The notes below the pieces were generated by a model, which saw only the letters and a list, made by a program, of their open reading frames with translations, was not told where the DNA came from and ran no database searches. A stretch of 64,000 nucleotides of DNA from the NCBI GenBank assembly GCA_035530295.1, contig DATKVB010000014.1, positions 161,077 to 225,076 of the forward strand, written 5' to 3'. Below, piece after piece: positions 20,407 to 29,484 of the stretch. The position numbers and the translations under genes are program-made. The DNA is from a bacterium (GTDB lineage: Bacteria; Spirochaetota; Spirochaetia; Treponematales; UBA12059). Position 1 is the first letter of the stretch; every line of letters starts with the position of its first letter.

Positions 20407-21279
20407 ATGATAGGATCGCATATCATCAAGAACGGCCGGATCGCCGAGGCCGCAGACGCGGTGTTTCCGCTCGACGACACCGATGTCACCTATGGCTATG
20501 GCTGCTACGAGACGCTGAAGGTTCGCCGCGGGGTGATCTATTTCCCGGAGTTCCATGAAGAGCGGCTCTTGCGCTCCGCCGACATTCTGGGCATAGCGAC
20601 GATAATCAGGCCACCCGAAGTGGCGGACGCCTTGCGTCTGCTCGTCCGTGAAAACGCCATGGGCGACTGCAACATCAAGGTCATGTTGATAGGCCATGAG
20701 GGCGCCATGGCCGACTGGTACGCGTTCATGCTGCCCGCCCTCGTCGCCCCTGAGACAGCATACTCAGAAGGCGCGTCATGCCTCCTGTTTCGTGGAGAGC
20801 GGCATTTTCCGCAGGCCAAGAGCCTGTCGATGCTGCTGTCGACGGTCGCCTTCCGCGAGGCGGCACGGCAGGGATGCTGGGATGCTCTTCTCGTCAATGG
20901 CCGGGGCCAGATTACCGAAGGTACGAGGACCAATGTATTCTATGCCCGAAGCGGTGAATCCTTTACCATCTATACACCACCAGCTGTTGATGTACTCGAA
21001 GGTATAACACGAAGGACGCTTATTGTAGCGCTTGCAGAGGCGGACATTAGCACGGTCGAGCGGCCGCTCGAGCTGGCCGAGGCTGTGTCCGGTGAGTACA
21101 GCCTGGCGGTGACAAGCACCTCGAGCAAGGTTATCCCCATAGCCATGCTTGCCGCGGCCAGTAGCATGGCCCCAGGACTACCGTCGGAACCCATTCGTCT
21201 CCCGCTTTGCAGGGAGATCGAACGGGTGCGCGCGCTCTATGATGACTACCTGGCCAGGTGGGTAACCCGGCGACGATAG
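20407..21279 (+). CDS. Aminotransferase class IV (IlvE/PabC/Dat-like)
   Basis: YGYGCYETL, H..RL..SA, AKS, EGTRTNVF, LEGITR. Confidence 0.85.
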   Translation: MIGSHIIKNGRIAEAADAVFPLDDTDVTYGYGCYETLKVRRGVIYFPEFHEERLLRSADILGIATIIRPPEVADALRLLVRENAMGDCNIKVMLIGHEGAMADWYAFMLPALVAPETAYSEGASCLLFRGERHFPQAKSLSMLLSTVAFREAARQGCWDALLVNGRGQITEGTRTNVFYARSGESFTIYTPPAVDVLEGITRRTLIVALAEADISTVERPLELAEAVSGEYSLAVTSTSSKVIPIAMLAAASSMAPGLPSEPIRLPLCREIERVRALYDDYLARWVTRRR

Positions 21280-21295
21280 GCTGCGCCGGTCTGAA

Positions 21296-22891
21296 TCAGG
21301 TTTTGAATGGCGGGACTATTGCTGAAAGTCCATACCGTTTGCCCGACAAGTTCGAGAGCACGATTGTTCCTACGTACAACAGCATAAAACCTAGCGGCAA
21401 TACCACGTACCACGCGATGCCAAGCAACATGACCAGGTATCCGATGATGGCGATGAACGCGGCAAAAAATGCGTAGGGTATCTGTGTAGTCACGTGGTCC
21501 ATGTGATCTGAGCCCGCGAAGGTCGAGGAGATTATTGTAGTATCCGATATGGGCGAGCAGTGGTCACCGAAAATGGAACCGCTCAGTACCGCACCCACGG
21601 TAGCGTAGACGATCCAGTTCAACTGGTTTCCTGTTGCCGCGAGAACAAGCGGAACGGCGATCGGCGTTATGATTGCCATGGTTCCCCAGGATGTGCCGAG
21701 CGCAAATGAAAGGAGCATGCATACCAGGAATACGACAATTGGCAGAATTCTTGGAGCATTGTCTATCAGCGGCAGTATGACGCTTATGGTGTAGTTGGCT
21801 GTACCGACCGCATCGCAGGCCGCCTTCAGAGACCACGCGAATACCATCAGCAAGAACGCTATGAACATGGTCTTTGCGCCTGTCATGAACGTATCCATCA
21901 GCTCGTTGAACTTCATTATTCTAAGAGACAGTCCCATGACGATGCATACCGCCACCATGCCAAAGGCTCCCCACAGAAGCGAGAGCGCCGTATTGGCGTC
22001 GCCCAGAGCCACGAAGAAGCTCTCGGCCTTTGGACCGCCGCCTGTCCACCACATGCCGAAGAAGGCGAGTCCGACCAAGGTGACAACCGGCAGGATGAAT
22101 GACCAAATCGTCAATCGCTTCTCGTTGACGCTACCGACATCCTGTTCAACAGAACCGGCAGGAGTCGCTCCGTCGCGTATCAGTTTGCCTTCCGTTCTTG
22201 CGCGGTGCTCGGCCTTGAGCATTGGGCCAAAATTCCGTTGTGTCGCCGCGACAATGAAGACCAAGGCGATCGCGAACCAGCAGTAGAACATGTATGGAAT
22301 GGAACGCAGCCAGATGACATAGGCACTGGTACCCAACGCTGCGGCACCACCCATGGCAGCCAGCGATGTGGCTATGGTATTTGTCTGAAACCCGGCCCAA
22401 TCGGAAATCGGTGCCAGACCTGAGACTGGAGACGCCGTAGAGTCGAGCAGGAACGAGAATTTCTCGCGCGACAACCTGTTCTTGTCCGATATTGATTTCG
22501 TCGCCGTACCTATAATGGCGGTATTGGCATATTCGTTGAAGAATACGATGATGCCAAGCAGCCATATCAGTAGCTCTGTACGCTTGCTGTTGTTTATTCG
22601 TTTCTCCAGTCTCTTGACCAACGCAAGTCCGCCTCCGAGCTTGTACATCAGGCCGATGCCACCTCCGACAACGAACAGAAAGAGGAAATACTCCGCCTGC
22701 CATTTATTCATCAACTGTGCCGCTGACCAATCCCATGATTGCGCAACGGCCGCGAAGATATTTCCTTTGGAGATCAGCAGGCCGCCGACGAACACACCAA
22801 AGAAGAGCGATGAGATGACTTCTTTGGTCATGAAACATAGAAGGAGAGCCACGATTGGCGGCAACAATGACAAAATGCCAAAGCTATCCAT
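21296..22891 (-). CDS. NhaC family Na+/H+ antiporter / amino-acid transporter
   Basis: LSREK...DSTASP, GTSWGT, GDHCSPISDTT, HVTTQIPY. Confidence 0.9.
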   Translation of the reverse strand: MDSFGILSLLPPIVALLLCFMTKEVISSLFFGVFVGGLLISKGNIFAAVAQSWDWSAAQLMNKWQAEYFLFLFVVGGGIGLMYKLGGGLALVKRLEKRINNSKRTELLIWLLGIIVFFNEYANTAIIGTATKSISDKNRLSREKFSFLLDSTASPVSGLAPISDWAGFQTNTIATSLAAMGGAAALGTSAYVIWLRSIPYMFYCWFAIALVFIVAATQRNFGPMLKAEHRARTEGKLIRDGATPAGSVEQDVGSVNEKRLTIWSFILPVVTLVGLAFFGMWWTGGGPKAESFFVALGDANTALSLLWGAFGMVAVCIVMGLSLRIMKFNELMDTFMTGAKTMFIAFLLMVFAWSLKAACDAVGTANYTISVILPLIDNAPRILPIVVFLVCMLLSFALGTSWGTMAIITPIAVPLVLAATGNQLNWIVYATVGAVLSGSIFGDHCSPISDTTIISSTFAGSDHMDHVTTQIPYAFFAAFIAIIGYLVMLLGIAWYVVLPLGFMLLYVGTIVLSNLSGKRYGLSAIVPPFKT

Positions 22892-23055
22892 TTCTCGCTC
22901 CTGTTCAGAAAGGCATCATGACGTAGAGTTTTCAGCAGCAAGGCTGTTAATAGATATTAAGGTACCTGATATCTCAACTGTCAAGTTGAAATGGACTGCT
23001 CGGCGCAATCCTGATCCATCGCTACGATGAATGCGAAGTGTCATGAATTCCCCAC

Positions 23056-23099
23056 TTGAGCAAAACATGTATAGCCGGCATACTAGTTGCACGTGCAAC
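23056..23099 (+). promoter_or_regulatory. Promoter with adjacent palindromic operator for MATE-marR
   Basis: TTGAGC-N17-CATACT followed directly by the perfect palindrome GTTGCACGTGCAAC (23086-23099). Confidence 0.7.
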
Positions 23100-23124
23100 C
23101 AATTTGCGGAGCAAGGAATGGCTA

Positions 23125-24498
23125 TTGAAACCCAGAATTGATGGCAACGAGCGCTACATCCGGATGACCACCGAGCCGGTGTCCAGACTGATACCGACTC
23201 TGGCTGTGCCGACTATAATAAGCATGCTGGTCACATCGCTCTATAACATGGCTGATACCTATTTTGTCGGGAAGATAAACACGAGTGCGACCGGCGCCGT
23301 GGGCATAGTCTTTTCGCTGATGACGCTTATCCAGGTGCTGGGAATGACGCTGGGCGTGGGTTCCGGAAGTTATATCGCCAGGCTTCTGGGACAGAAGGAC
23401 ACCGAACGCGCGACAGCCGCCGTTTCGACGGCGTTCTTTGCGGCTCTGCTCTGTGGGCTGCTGATTACGGTACCAGGCGAGATATTCCTGACGCAGTTCA
23501 TGCGACTGCTCGGCTCGACCGAGACAATCCTTCCATACGCCAAGGCATACGGAGGCTGGATACTGCTTGGTGCTCCATACATGGCGGCTTCGTTTGTAAT
23601 GAACGTGGGTCTTCGATCAGAGGGCAGTGCCGTGCTCGCCATGGTTGGCATTGCGAGCGGAGCGGTTCTGAATATCGCGCTTGACCCAATCTTCATCTTT
23701 GTATTCGGAATGGGCATAGCCGGCGCGGCGCTTGCGACTATATTGAGCCGGCTGGTTGGTTTCTTGATTCTGCTATCACACTATATGCACCGACGCAGTG
23801 CTCTTCGTATCCGCCTGAGTAGTGTGGCGTCGAGTGGCGCCATGTACAAGGAAATCCTGCGATCAGGCACGCCGACCCTCCTCCGGCAATCGCTGGCCAG
23901 TATTTCAAGCATTGCGCTGAATACCGCCGCAGGGGTGTACGGTGATGCCGCGGTGGCGGGTATGTCCGTTGTTACGAGACTCATGGTGTTCATGAGTTCG
24001 ATCATCATCGGATTCGGTCAGGGATTTCAGCCGGTAGCGGCCTTCAACTATATGGCTGGCAGAAAGGACAGGGTGCACGAGGCTTTCTGGTTCGCCGTCA
24101 AGACCGGAACCATCATACTGTGCATCTTCTCTGTCACTACGGAAATATTCGCTTCGCAGATGATACGCCTCTTCAGGGATGACCCAGACGTCATACGGAT
24201 AGGCGCGATCGCGCTGAGATTGCAGAGCATGTCGCTGCCTCTGACTGCCTTCATAGTGATATCCAATATGATGTTCCAGTATATAGGCAAGCCGGCAAAG
24301 GCATCGGTGTTGGCCCTGTCACGTCAGGGATTGGTTTTCATTCCGGCGTTGATGATATCGTCGGCGCTTTTTGGACTGACCGGTGTGGAGATGAGCCAGG
24401 CGTTGGCAGACGGTATTACGTTTCTGATTGCTATACCACTTACCATGGGGACGCTCCGTTCACTCCGCCAAAGTGGCAGAGAGGCATCCAGCGCATGA
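23125..24498 (+). CDS. MATE family efflux transporter
   Basis: LYNMADTYFVG, NIALDPIFIF, GIAGAALAT, GFGQGFQP; start is TTG 23125 or ATG 23164. Confidence 0.92.
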   Translation: MKPRIDGNERYIRMTTEPVSRLIPTLAVPTIISMLVTSLYNMADTYFVGKINTSATGAVGIVFSLMTLIQVLGMTLGVGSGSYIARLLGQKDTERATAAVSTAFFAALLCGLLITVPGEIFLTQFMRLLGSTETILPYAKAYGGWILLGAPYMAASFVMNVGLRSEGSAVLAMVGIASGAVLNIALDPIFIFVFGMGIAGAALATILSRLVGFLILLSHYMHRRSALRIRLSSVASSGAMYKEILRSGTPTLLRQSLASISSIALNTAAGVYGDAAVAGMSVVTRLMVFMSSIIIGFGQGFQPVAAFNYMAGRKDRVHEAFWFAVKTGTIILCIFSVTTEIFASQMIRLFRDDPDVIRIGAIALRLQSMSLPLTAFIVISNMMFQYIGKPAKASVLALSRQGLVFIPALMISSALFGLTGVEMSQALADGITFLIAIPLTMGTLRSLRQSGREASSA

Positions 24499-24956
24499 GA
24501 ACTCCGACTATATTGCGATATGTATCAATCCTGTATCGATATAGCCAGATATACCTCGCTCGTCGACTGAAGCCCCTCCACAGTAGCGCGGGATTGTATC
24601 CATTCATCCTGGCGGTTTGCCGGCAGCCGGGCATGAATCAGGAAAGCCTTTCGGACCTCCTGGTGATGGACAAGGGAACAACAGCAAAGGCAGTCAAGGA
24701 ACTCGAGCTCAAGGGTTGCATCGTCAGAAAGCCTGATCAGTCTGACCGGCGCACCAACAGACTCTATCCAACCACGCAGGGTGAGGCACTCAGGGATGAA
24801 CTTGACGTATTCCTGCTCGAATGGAAGGAGATACTATGGAAAGGCTTTAGCGATAGCGAGAAGACCCAGTCGTATGATCTTATGATGAGAATGGCCGCGA
24901 ACGCGCGGTCGCATGTGGTGGCGGAACGGGACATCGCGGCCACGCCATCGGAATAG
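24495..24956 (+). CDS. MarR family regulator
   Basis: QESLS...DKGTTAKAVKELE..G.I.R..D.SDRR..RLYPT; ATGA overlap with the MATE gene. Confidence 0.9.
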   Translation: MRTPTILRYVSILYRYSQIYLARRLKPLHSSAGLYPFILAVCRQPGMNQESLSDLLVMDKGTTAKAVKELELKGCIVRKPDQSDRRTNRLYPTTQGEALRDELDVFLLEWKEILWKGFSDSEKTQSYDLMMRMAANARSHVVAERDIAATPSE

Positions 24957-24967
24957 GAGAGAGTTGA

Positions 24968-26116
24968 TCAGCTCGTCTGTCGCTTCGCTTTTCCCAAGTT
25001 GCTGTAATGCTGGAACTGCATATGGAACCGGCTGCCTTGCCCCACGACGCTCTCAGCCCACAGCGAGCAGCCTTGTTGCTCGGCGAGTTCGTGGCATATC
25101 AAGAGGCCCAGACCGCTGCCTTTCTCGCCAGCGGTACCCCATGTTGATTTCAAGTCTTTTGCGAACAGCCTCGATAGTTTCTCCGGCGGCATGCCTAGTC
25201 CCGTATCGGATACTTCTATCTCTGGCGCCATCGTTTTCGGGTTCAACCGACTCTCCAGGCGCACTGTCCCGCCAAGAGGCGTGAACTTGATGGCATTGGA
25301 GACGAGGTTGCGGAGCATAGTGCGGGTCATGTCGATATCGGCATAGACAAGAACTTCTGATGGATGGCTGACGTCGAGACGAATATCCTTGGCCGTTGCC
25401 ATTTCATGGAGTTGCTCATCCACCTCTGCGAGCAGGGGATGCAGCGCAAAACTAGTCAGCGATGCTTCATTGCGCTTTGACACGGAAGCCCAAGTCAGAA
25501 TGTTTTCCAGAAGGGCCTCCGTGTTTTCCGCGGCCCTATGGAGCACGACTATATACTCCCGCAATGACGCATGATCGAGGCCATCGAGATCTTGCACCAG
25601 AATTTCGGTGAGCCCGCGGAAACCGGAAATTGGGTTGCGCAAGTCGTGTCCCAGAATAGATAGTAGACGAGTTTTCCATTCGTCTATTTCTTCCAGCTCG
25701 CGGTTCCGTTCCTCCAGTCTCTTTCGGGCCTGCAGAAGGCTCAGATGCAGCCTGACTCTTGCGGCGATGATGGCACTCTCCACGGGCTTCTCGATGTAGT
25801 CAACGCCGCCGGCCTTGAAGCCTTCCAGCATGGCTTCCATACCCTTTTTCTCTGCGGTTATGAAGAGTATGGGAATCTGGGCTAGAGTATCGAGTGCGCT
25901 CAATGTCCGGCAAGTTTCATATCCGTTCATGCCGGGCATGGACACATCCATAAGGATCAAATCGGGAGGTGTCATCGAGGCGCTCTCTATGGCAGCCGGG
26001 CCGCTCATGGCCGCGCGAATCGAGTAGCCCTCCTTTTGGAGGAATGTGCCGATTATCTTGATATTATCAGGGCTGTCATCAACTATAAGTATTGATGGCT
26101 CCTGGCTACCTACCAT
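24968..26116 (-). CDS. Hybrid receiver-histidine kinase (REC-HisKA-HATPase)
   Basis: IVDD, DVSMP; GHDLRNP; NLVSNAIKFT, DTGLG, GSGLGL. Confidence 0.9.
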   Translation of the reverse strand: MVGSQEPSILIVDDSPDNIKIIGTFLQKEGYSIRAAMSGPAAIESASMTPPDLILMDVSMPGMNGYETCRTLSALDTLAQIPILFITAEKKGMEAMLEGFKAGGVDYIEKPVESAIIAARVRLHLSLLQARKRLEERNRELEEIDEWKTRLLSILGHDLRNPISGFRGLTEILVQDLDGLDHASLREYIVVLHRAAENTEALLENILTWASVSKRNEASLTSFALHPLLAEVDEQLHEMATAKDIRLDVSHPSEVLVYADIDMTRTMLRNLVSNAIKFTPLGGTVRLESRLNPKTMAPEIEVSDTGLGMPPEKLSRLFAKDLKSTWGTAGEKGSGLGLLICHELAEQQGCSLWAESVVGQGSRFHMQFQHYSNLGKAKRQTS

Positions 26117-26179
26117 GATTCACCATTGCTTTGCCTTCGAGGTACGCCACGCAGTATCGGCATCCGCAAAATTGGGCGG

Positions 26180-27217
26180 TCATTCTGCCAAATCCATATT
26201 ATCTTCCATGATGATGTCGAGTTCGTCAGCAATGTCCAGAAATATGTCTACCAATGCAGGATCAAAGTGGAATCCCCGATTTTCATTGATTATGGCCTCC
26301 GTCTTTGCTCGTGAGTATGCAAGTTTATATGTTCTTCGAGATCGCAGTGCGTCGTAAACATCTGCCAGAGCTACAATGCGGGCCTCAACAGGAATCAGTT
26401 CTGCGATCAGTTGGTTTGGATAGCCGGAGCCATCCCATTTTTCATGATGGGATAGAACGATGTTTTTCGCCACGGAGGGTATCTTATCCTTGTCCAGAAT
26501 TTGAAAGCCGATGATGGGGTGCTGCTGGATTATTGCGAATTCTTCTGCCGTTAGTCTGTCCGGCTTCCGCAAGATGGCATCTGGAATCCCGACTTTGCCG
26601 ATATCATGAAGAGACGCGTACCTGCCTATCTCACGTTTTGTCATCTCAGGGAGAGTGGTATGGTTGGCGAGGTGGCGGGAGAATTCCGTGACTCTGCGAA
26701 TATGGCGGCCAGTTTCATCATCCCTATAGTAGTTGGCGTTTTCCAATACTTCCACCAATGTCATCGTGATTGTCTCTATCTCGAGAACCTGGTCCTTGAC
26801 TTTGTCTTCGAGTTGATCCCGGTATTGCTTGAGTTCCAGCTGACTGAAGACCCTGGCTATTACCTCTTGTGAGTTGAATGGTTTTGATATGTAATCAGCG
26901 CCTCCCGAGTCGAAACCCTTTATCTTGGATTCAGCGTCAGTGAGTGCACTAATGAAGATGATGGGGATATTCTCTGTCTGAGCAATGCTGCGTAGTTCGA
27001 TTGCCAGATCATAACCATCAATATTCGGCATCATGATGTCCAGCAGGAAGAGATCCGGAGTACGGTACTTCAACGACTCAAGAGCCTGCGAGGCGCTGCC
27101 CGCAAAAGCCACATCAAGGCCTCTGTGTTTGAGAAGACTGCCAAGTATGCGAAGATTGGCTGGTTCATCATCAACTATCAGTACTCTAGGATGTGCTTTC
27201 TGGCTTGATTGATGCAT
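26180..27217 (-). CDS. Response regulator with HD-GYP phosphodiesterase domain
   Basis: REC (IVDD, LDIMMP, KP); ETGRHIRRV, HDIGK, HHEKWDGSGYP, ADVYDAL. Confidence 0.92.
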   Translation of the reverse strand: MHQSSQKAHPRVLIVDDEPANLRILGSLLKHRGLDVAFAGSASQALESLKYRTPDLFLLDIMMPNIDGYDLAIELRSIAQTENIPIIFISALTDAESKIKGFDSGGADYISKPFNSQEVIARVFSQLELKQYRDQLEDKVKDQVLEIETITMTLVEVLENANYYRDDETGRHIRRVTEFSRHLANHTTLPEMTKREIGRYASLHDIGKVGIPDAILRKPDRLTAEEFAIIQQHPIIGFQILDKDKIPSVAKNIVLSHHEKWDGSGYPNQLIAELIPVEARIVALADVYDALRSRRTYKLAYSRAKTEAIINENRGFHFDPALVDIFLDIADELDIIMEDNMDLAE

Positions 27218-27232
27218 GTAATAATCGCCCTC

Positions 27233-29476
27233 CTATGTTGTCTCGTGATCCGATTTCCTTAAGAAGCTGTTGAATTGATCAAGAAGTCTGTTGATATCTT
27301 CGATACTTAGAGTCTCCGAAGCCGCCTCCAGCTCCTGCCCGAAATGAACCAGTCCTTGATGGCCCAGCTGTTTCCCCTCCATTATTAAGTCCCTCCCGAA
27401 CTCAGCTATTCCATCCATGGAAAGCGTGATACTGAGGATTCTGAGGCGGTCTGCATACTTTTTGCTGAGCATTTCATGCGACTGATCGTTCATGGATTGC
27501 AGCTCCAAGGGCAATCTCGCCGACCTGTCCAGCGTGTTGTGGATATCAACAGTGTTCTGCTCATGAGGGCGGTGATCATGGGGCAGGAAATTCGAGAGTG
27601 ATTCGAGCAAATCGGCTTTGCGGAATGGTTTCTTCAGGAACCCCTGGACCTCTGGCATGTTTTCATATTGCTCCGAGGGAGTGGATGCGGACGCGATGAT
27701 GACCGGGATGCCGGCGAGTCGTTCCGATCGGCGCATCGTGCTTATAAGTTCGAATCCCGACATCCTTGGCATCATGACATCAGTCATCAGGGCATCGATT
27801 TTCTCATCCTGCATGATCGACAGAGCCTGCACAGCGTCATTGGCGGTAATCACCTGAACATTCTGATCGCTCAGAAATTCCCGAAGGATGATTCGATTCT
27901 GTGGGTCATCCTCAACGATGAGAACACAGCCGGCAGTGAGGTGTACTGCGGTTCCCACCATGTCTAGGTCCGGTGCCGATTGCCCACTAGTGTCACATTC
28001 CCTTTGCGATTCGAAGGCTTCCTTCATCGGCAATAGCAAGATAAAGGTGGAACCTTTTTGTTCCTCGCTATGGACTGATATAGAACCATTCATCAGTTGC
28101 GCTAACTGGAGTGAAATACTGAGGCCCAGACCGGTGCCTCCGAAGTTTCTGCTTGCCTGACCATCGACCTGCCTGAAAGCATCGAATATGATTCTTTGGT
28201 CCTCAGGCGATATGCCGATGCCTGTGTCCAACACCGAAAACTGTATTGATGGCGTATCAGCCATAACCGCTGGCGCTGGTGTGACATGCAATCGCACAGA
28301 ACCGGATTGTGTAAATTTGAGCGCATTCCCCAGAAGATTTGTGAGTATCTGCCGCAGGCGGGTATCATCCAAAATCATGATCTCCGGTAAGCCCGGCGCA
28401 ATATCGATCGAGAATTCCAGACCCTTGGTCTTGGCCATTTGGCGGAATACCAGGTCCAAGGCAGAGACGAATTTGGCGAGACTGAACTTCCTTGGCCTTA
28501 TGATTATCCGGCCGGCCTCAATCTTGGACAAATCCAGAATATCATTTATCAGCTCGAGGAGGGCTCTTCCGCTGTTTTCTATCCCCATCAAGTAAGACGC
28601 GTACCTGGCATCCTTGACCCCACCCCGAAGCAGTTCACTGAAACCAAGGATTGCTGTCATCGGGGTTCGAATCTCATGACTCATGTTGGCTAGAAATTCA
28701 CTTTTGATTTTCTCCGCCCGTTGTGCCTTTTTCGTCTCTTCTTTCAGCTCCAACGAATAGCGAGCAATTGTCTGCATCTTGTTGCGCAAAACCAAGAACG
28801 AAAGCAGAAAGAGGAGTATGGAAAAAGCAATGCCGGTCATGGTTCGGAAGTTGTTTCGAGCAAGGGTCCTATCCAGCGTCCTAGATCGCAAAACCCGGAG
28901 GCGATCTACCGCGGCGAGTTTTGTGTCGTGTAGCTCGTAAAATTTGTCCAGCAAGATACTAATGGAATTATCATTCAGGTCATCAGATTCTATGGTCGTC
29001 ATTGTGCTGTTGCCAAGCGCGGGGATGGGGCCGATGATTTTGGCCACTTCATTCAGTGTATTGTGCAGCTCCCGCAGGACATTCTGAAATATGTCCGATT
29101 CGTCTAGTGAGATCTTCTCCATGGTCCCAGCGCGCACTTGAACTTCCGATAAGTTCAGTAGGCTGCTCGCCTCATCTACATCTGCTTGGTACAGCCTGAA
29201 ATCCTCTGGTTGTCTTGATCGAGCGTAACGGCGAGCAGCTCCAGCGGTCTTTATAGCCTGGATGAAGGTATTGTCGACCACCCTAAGATTCTCGTAGAGA
29301 TCTGATGTCTGGCTTTCAAACAAGATCAAGTCCCTATTTTGCAGAACAAGCAATCCCACCGCAAATATGAGCAGAAGAAAGCCTATGAACATTCCGACGT
29401 ATTCAACTGGCACACGCTTGATTGTCCATCTCTTCGATGAAGTGTTCGGCAAAGTACTCTCCATGTCGCATATCAT
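27233..29476 (-). CDS. Membrane hybrid sensor histidine kinase (HisKA-HATPase-REC)
   Basis: Two TM helices; FLANMSHEIRTP, NLLGNALKFT, GGTGLGL; REC with VEDD and DVMMP. Confidence 0.92.
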   Translation of the reverse strand: MICDMESTLPNTSSKRWTIKRVPVEYVGMFIGFLLLIFAVGLLVLQNRDLILFESQTSDLYENLRVVDNTFIQAIKTAGAARRYARSRQPEDFRLYQADVDEASSLLNLSEVQVRAGTMEKISLDESDIFQNVLRELHNTLNEVAKIIGPIPALGNSTMTTIESDDLNDNSISILLDKFYELHDTKLAAVDRLRVLRSRTLDRTLARNNFRTMTGIAFSILLFLLSFLVLRNKMQTIARYSLELKEETKKAQRAEKIKSEFLANMSHEIRTPMTAILGFSELLRGGVKDARYASYLMGIENSGRALLELINDILDLSKIEAGRIIIRPRKFSLAKFVSALDLVFRQMAKTKGLEFSIDIAPGLPEIMILDDTRLRQILTNLLGNALKFTQSGSVRLHVTPAPAVMADTPSIQFSVLDTGIGISPEDQRIIFDAFRQVDGQASRNFGGTGLGLSISLQLAQLMNGSISVHSEEQKGSTFILLLPMKEAFESQRECDTSGQSAPDLDMVGTAVHLTAGCVLIVEDDPQNRIILREFLSDQNVQVITANDAVQALSIMQDEKIDALMTDVMMPRMSGFELISTMRRSERLAGIPVIIASASTPSEQYENMPEVQGFLKKPFRKADLLESLSNFLPHDHRPHEQNTVDIHNTLDRSARLPLELQSMNDQSHEMLSKKYADRLRILSITLSMDGIAEFGRDLIMEGKQLGHQGLVHFGQELEAASETLSIEDINRLLDQFNSFLRKSDHETT

Positions 29477-29484
29477 TGTTCGAT

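Noticed and set aside
22892-23050. Lysine riboswitch upstream of nhaC
   Set aside because: The leader after the putative promoter is too short and lacks the conserved motifs.
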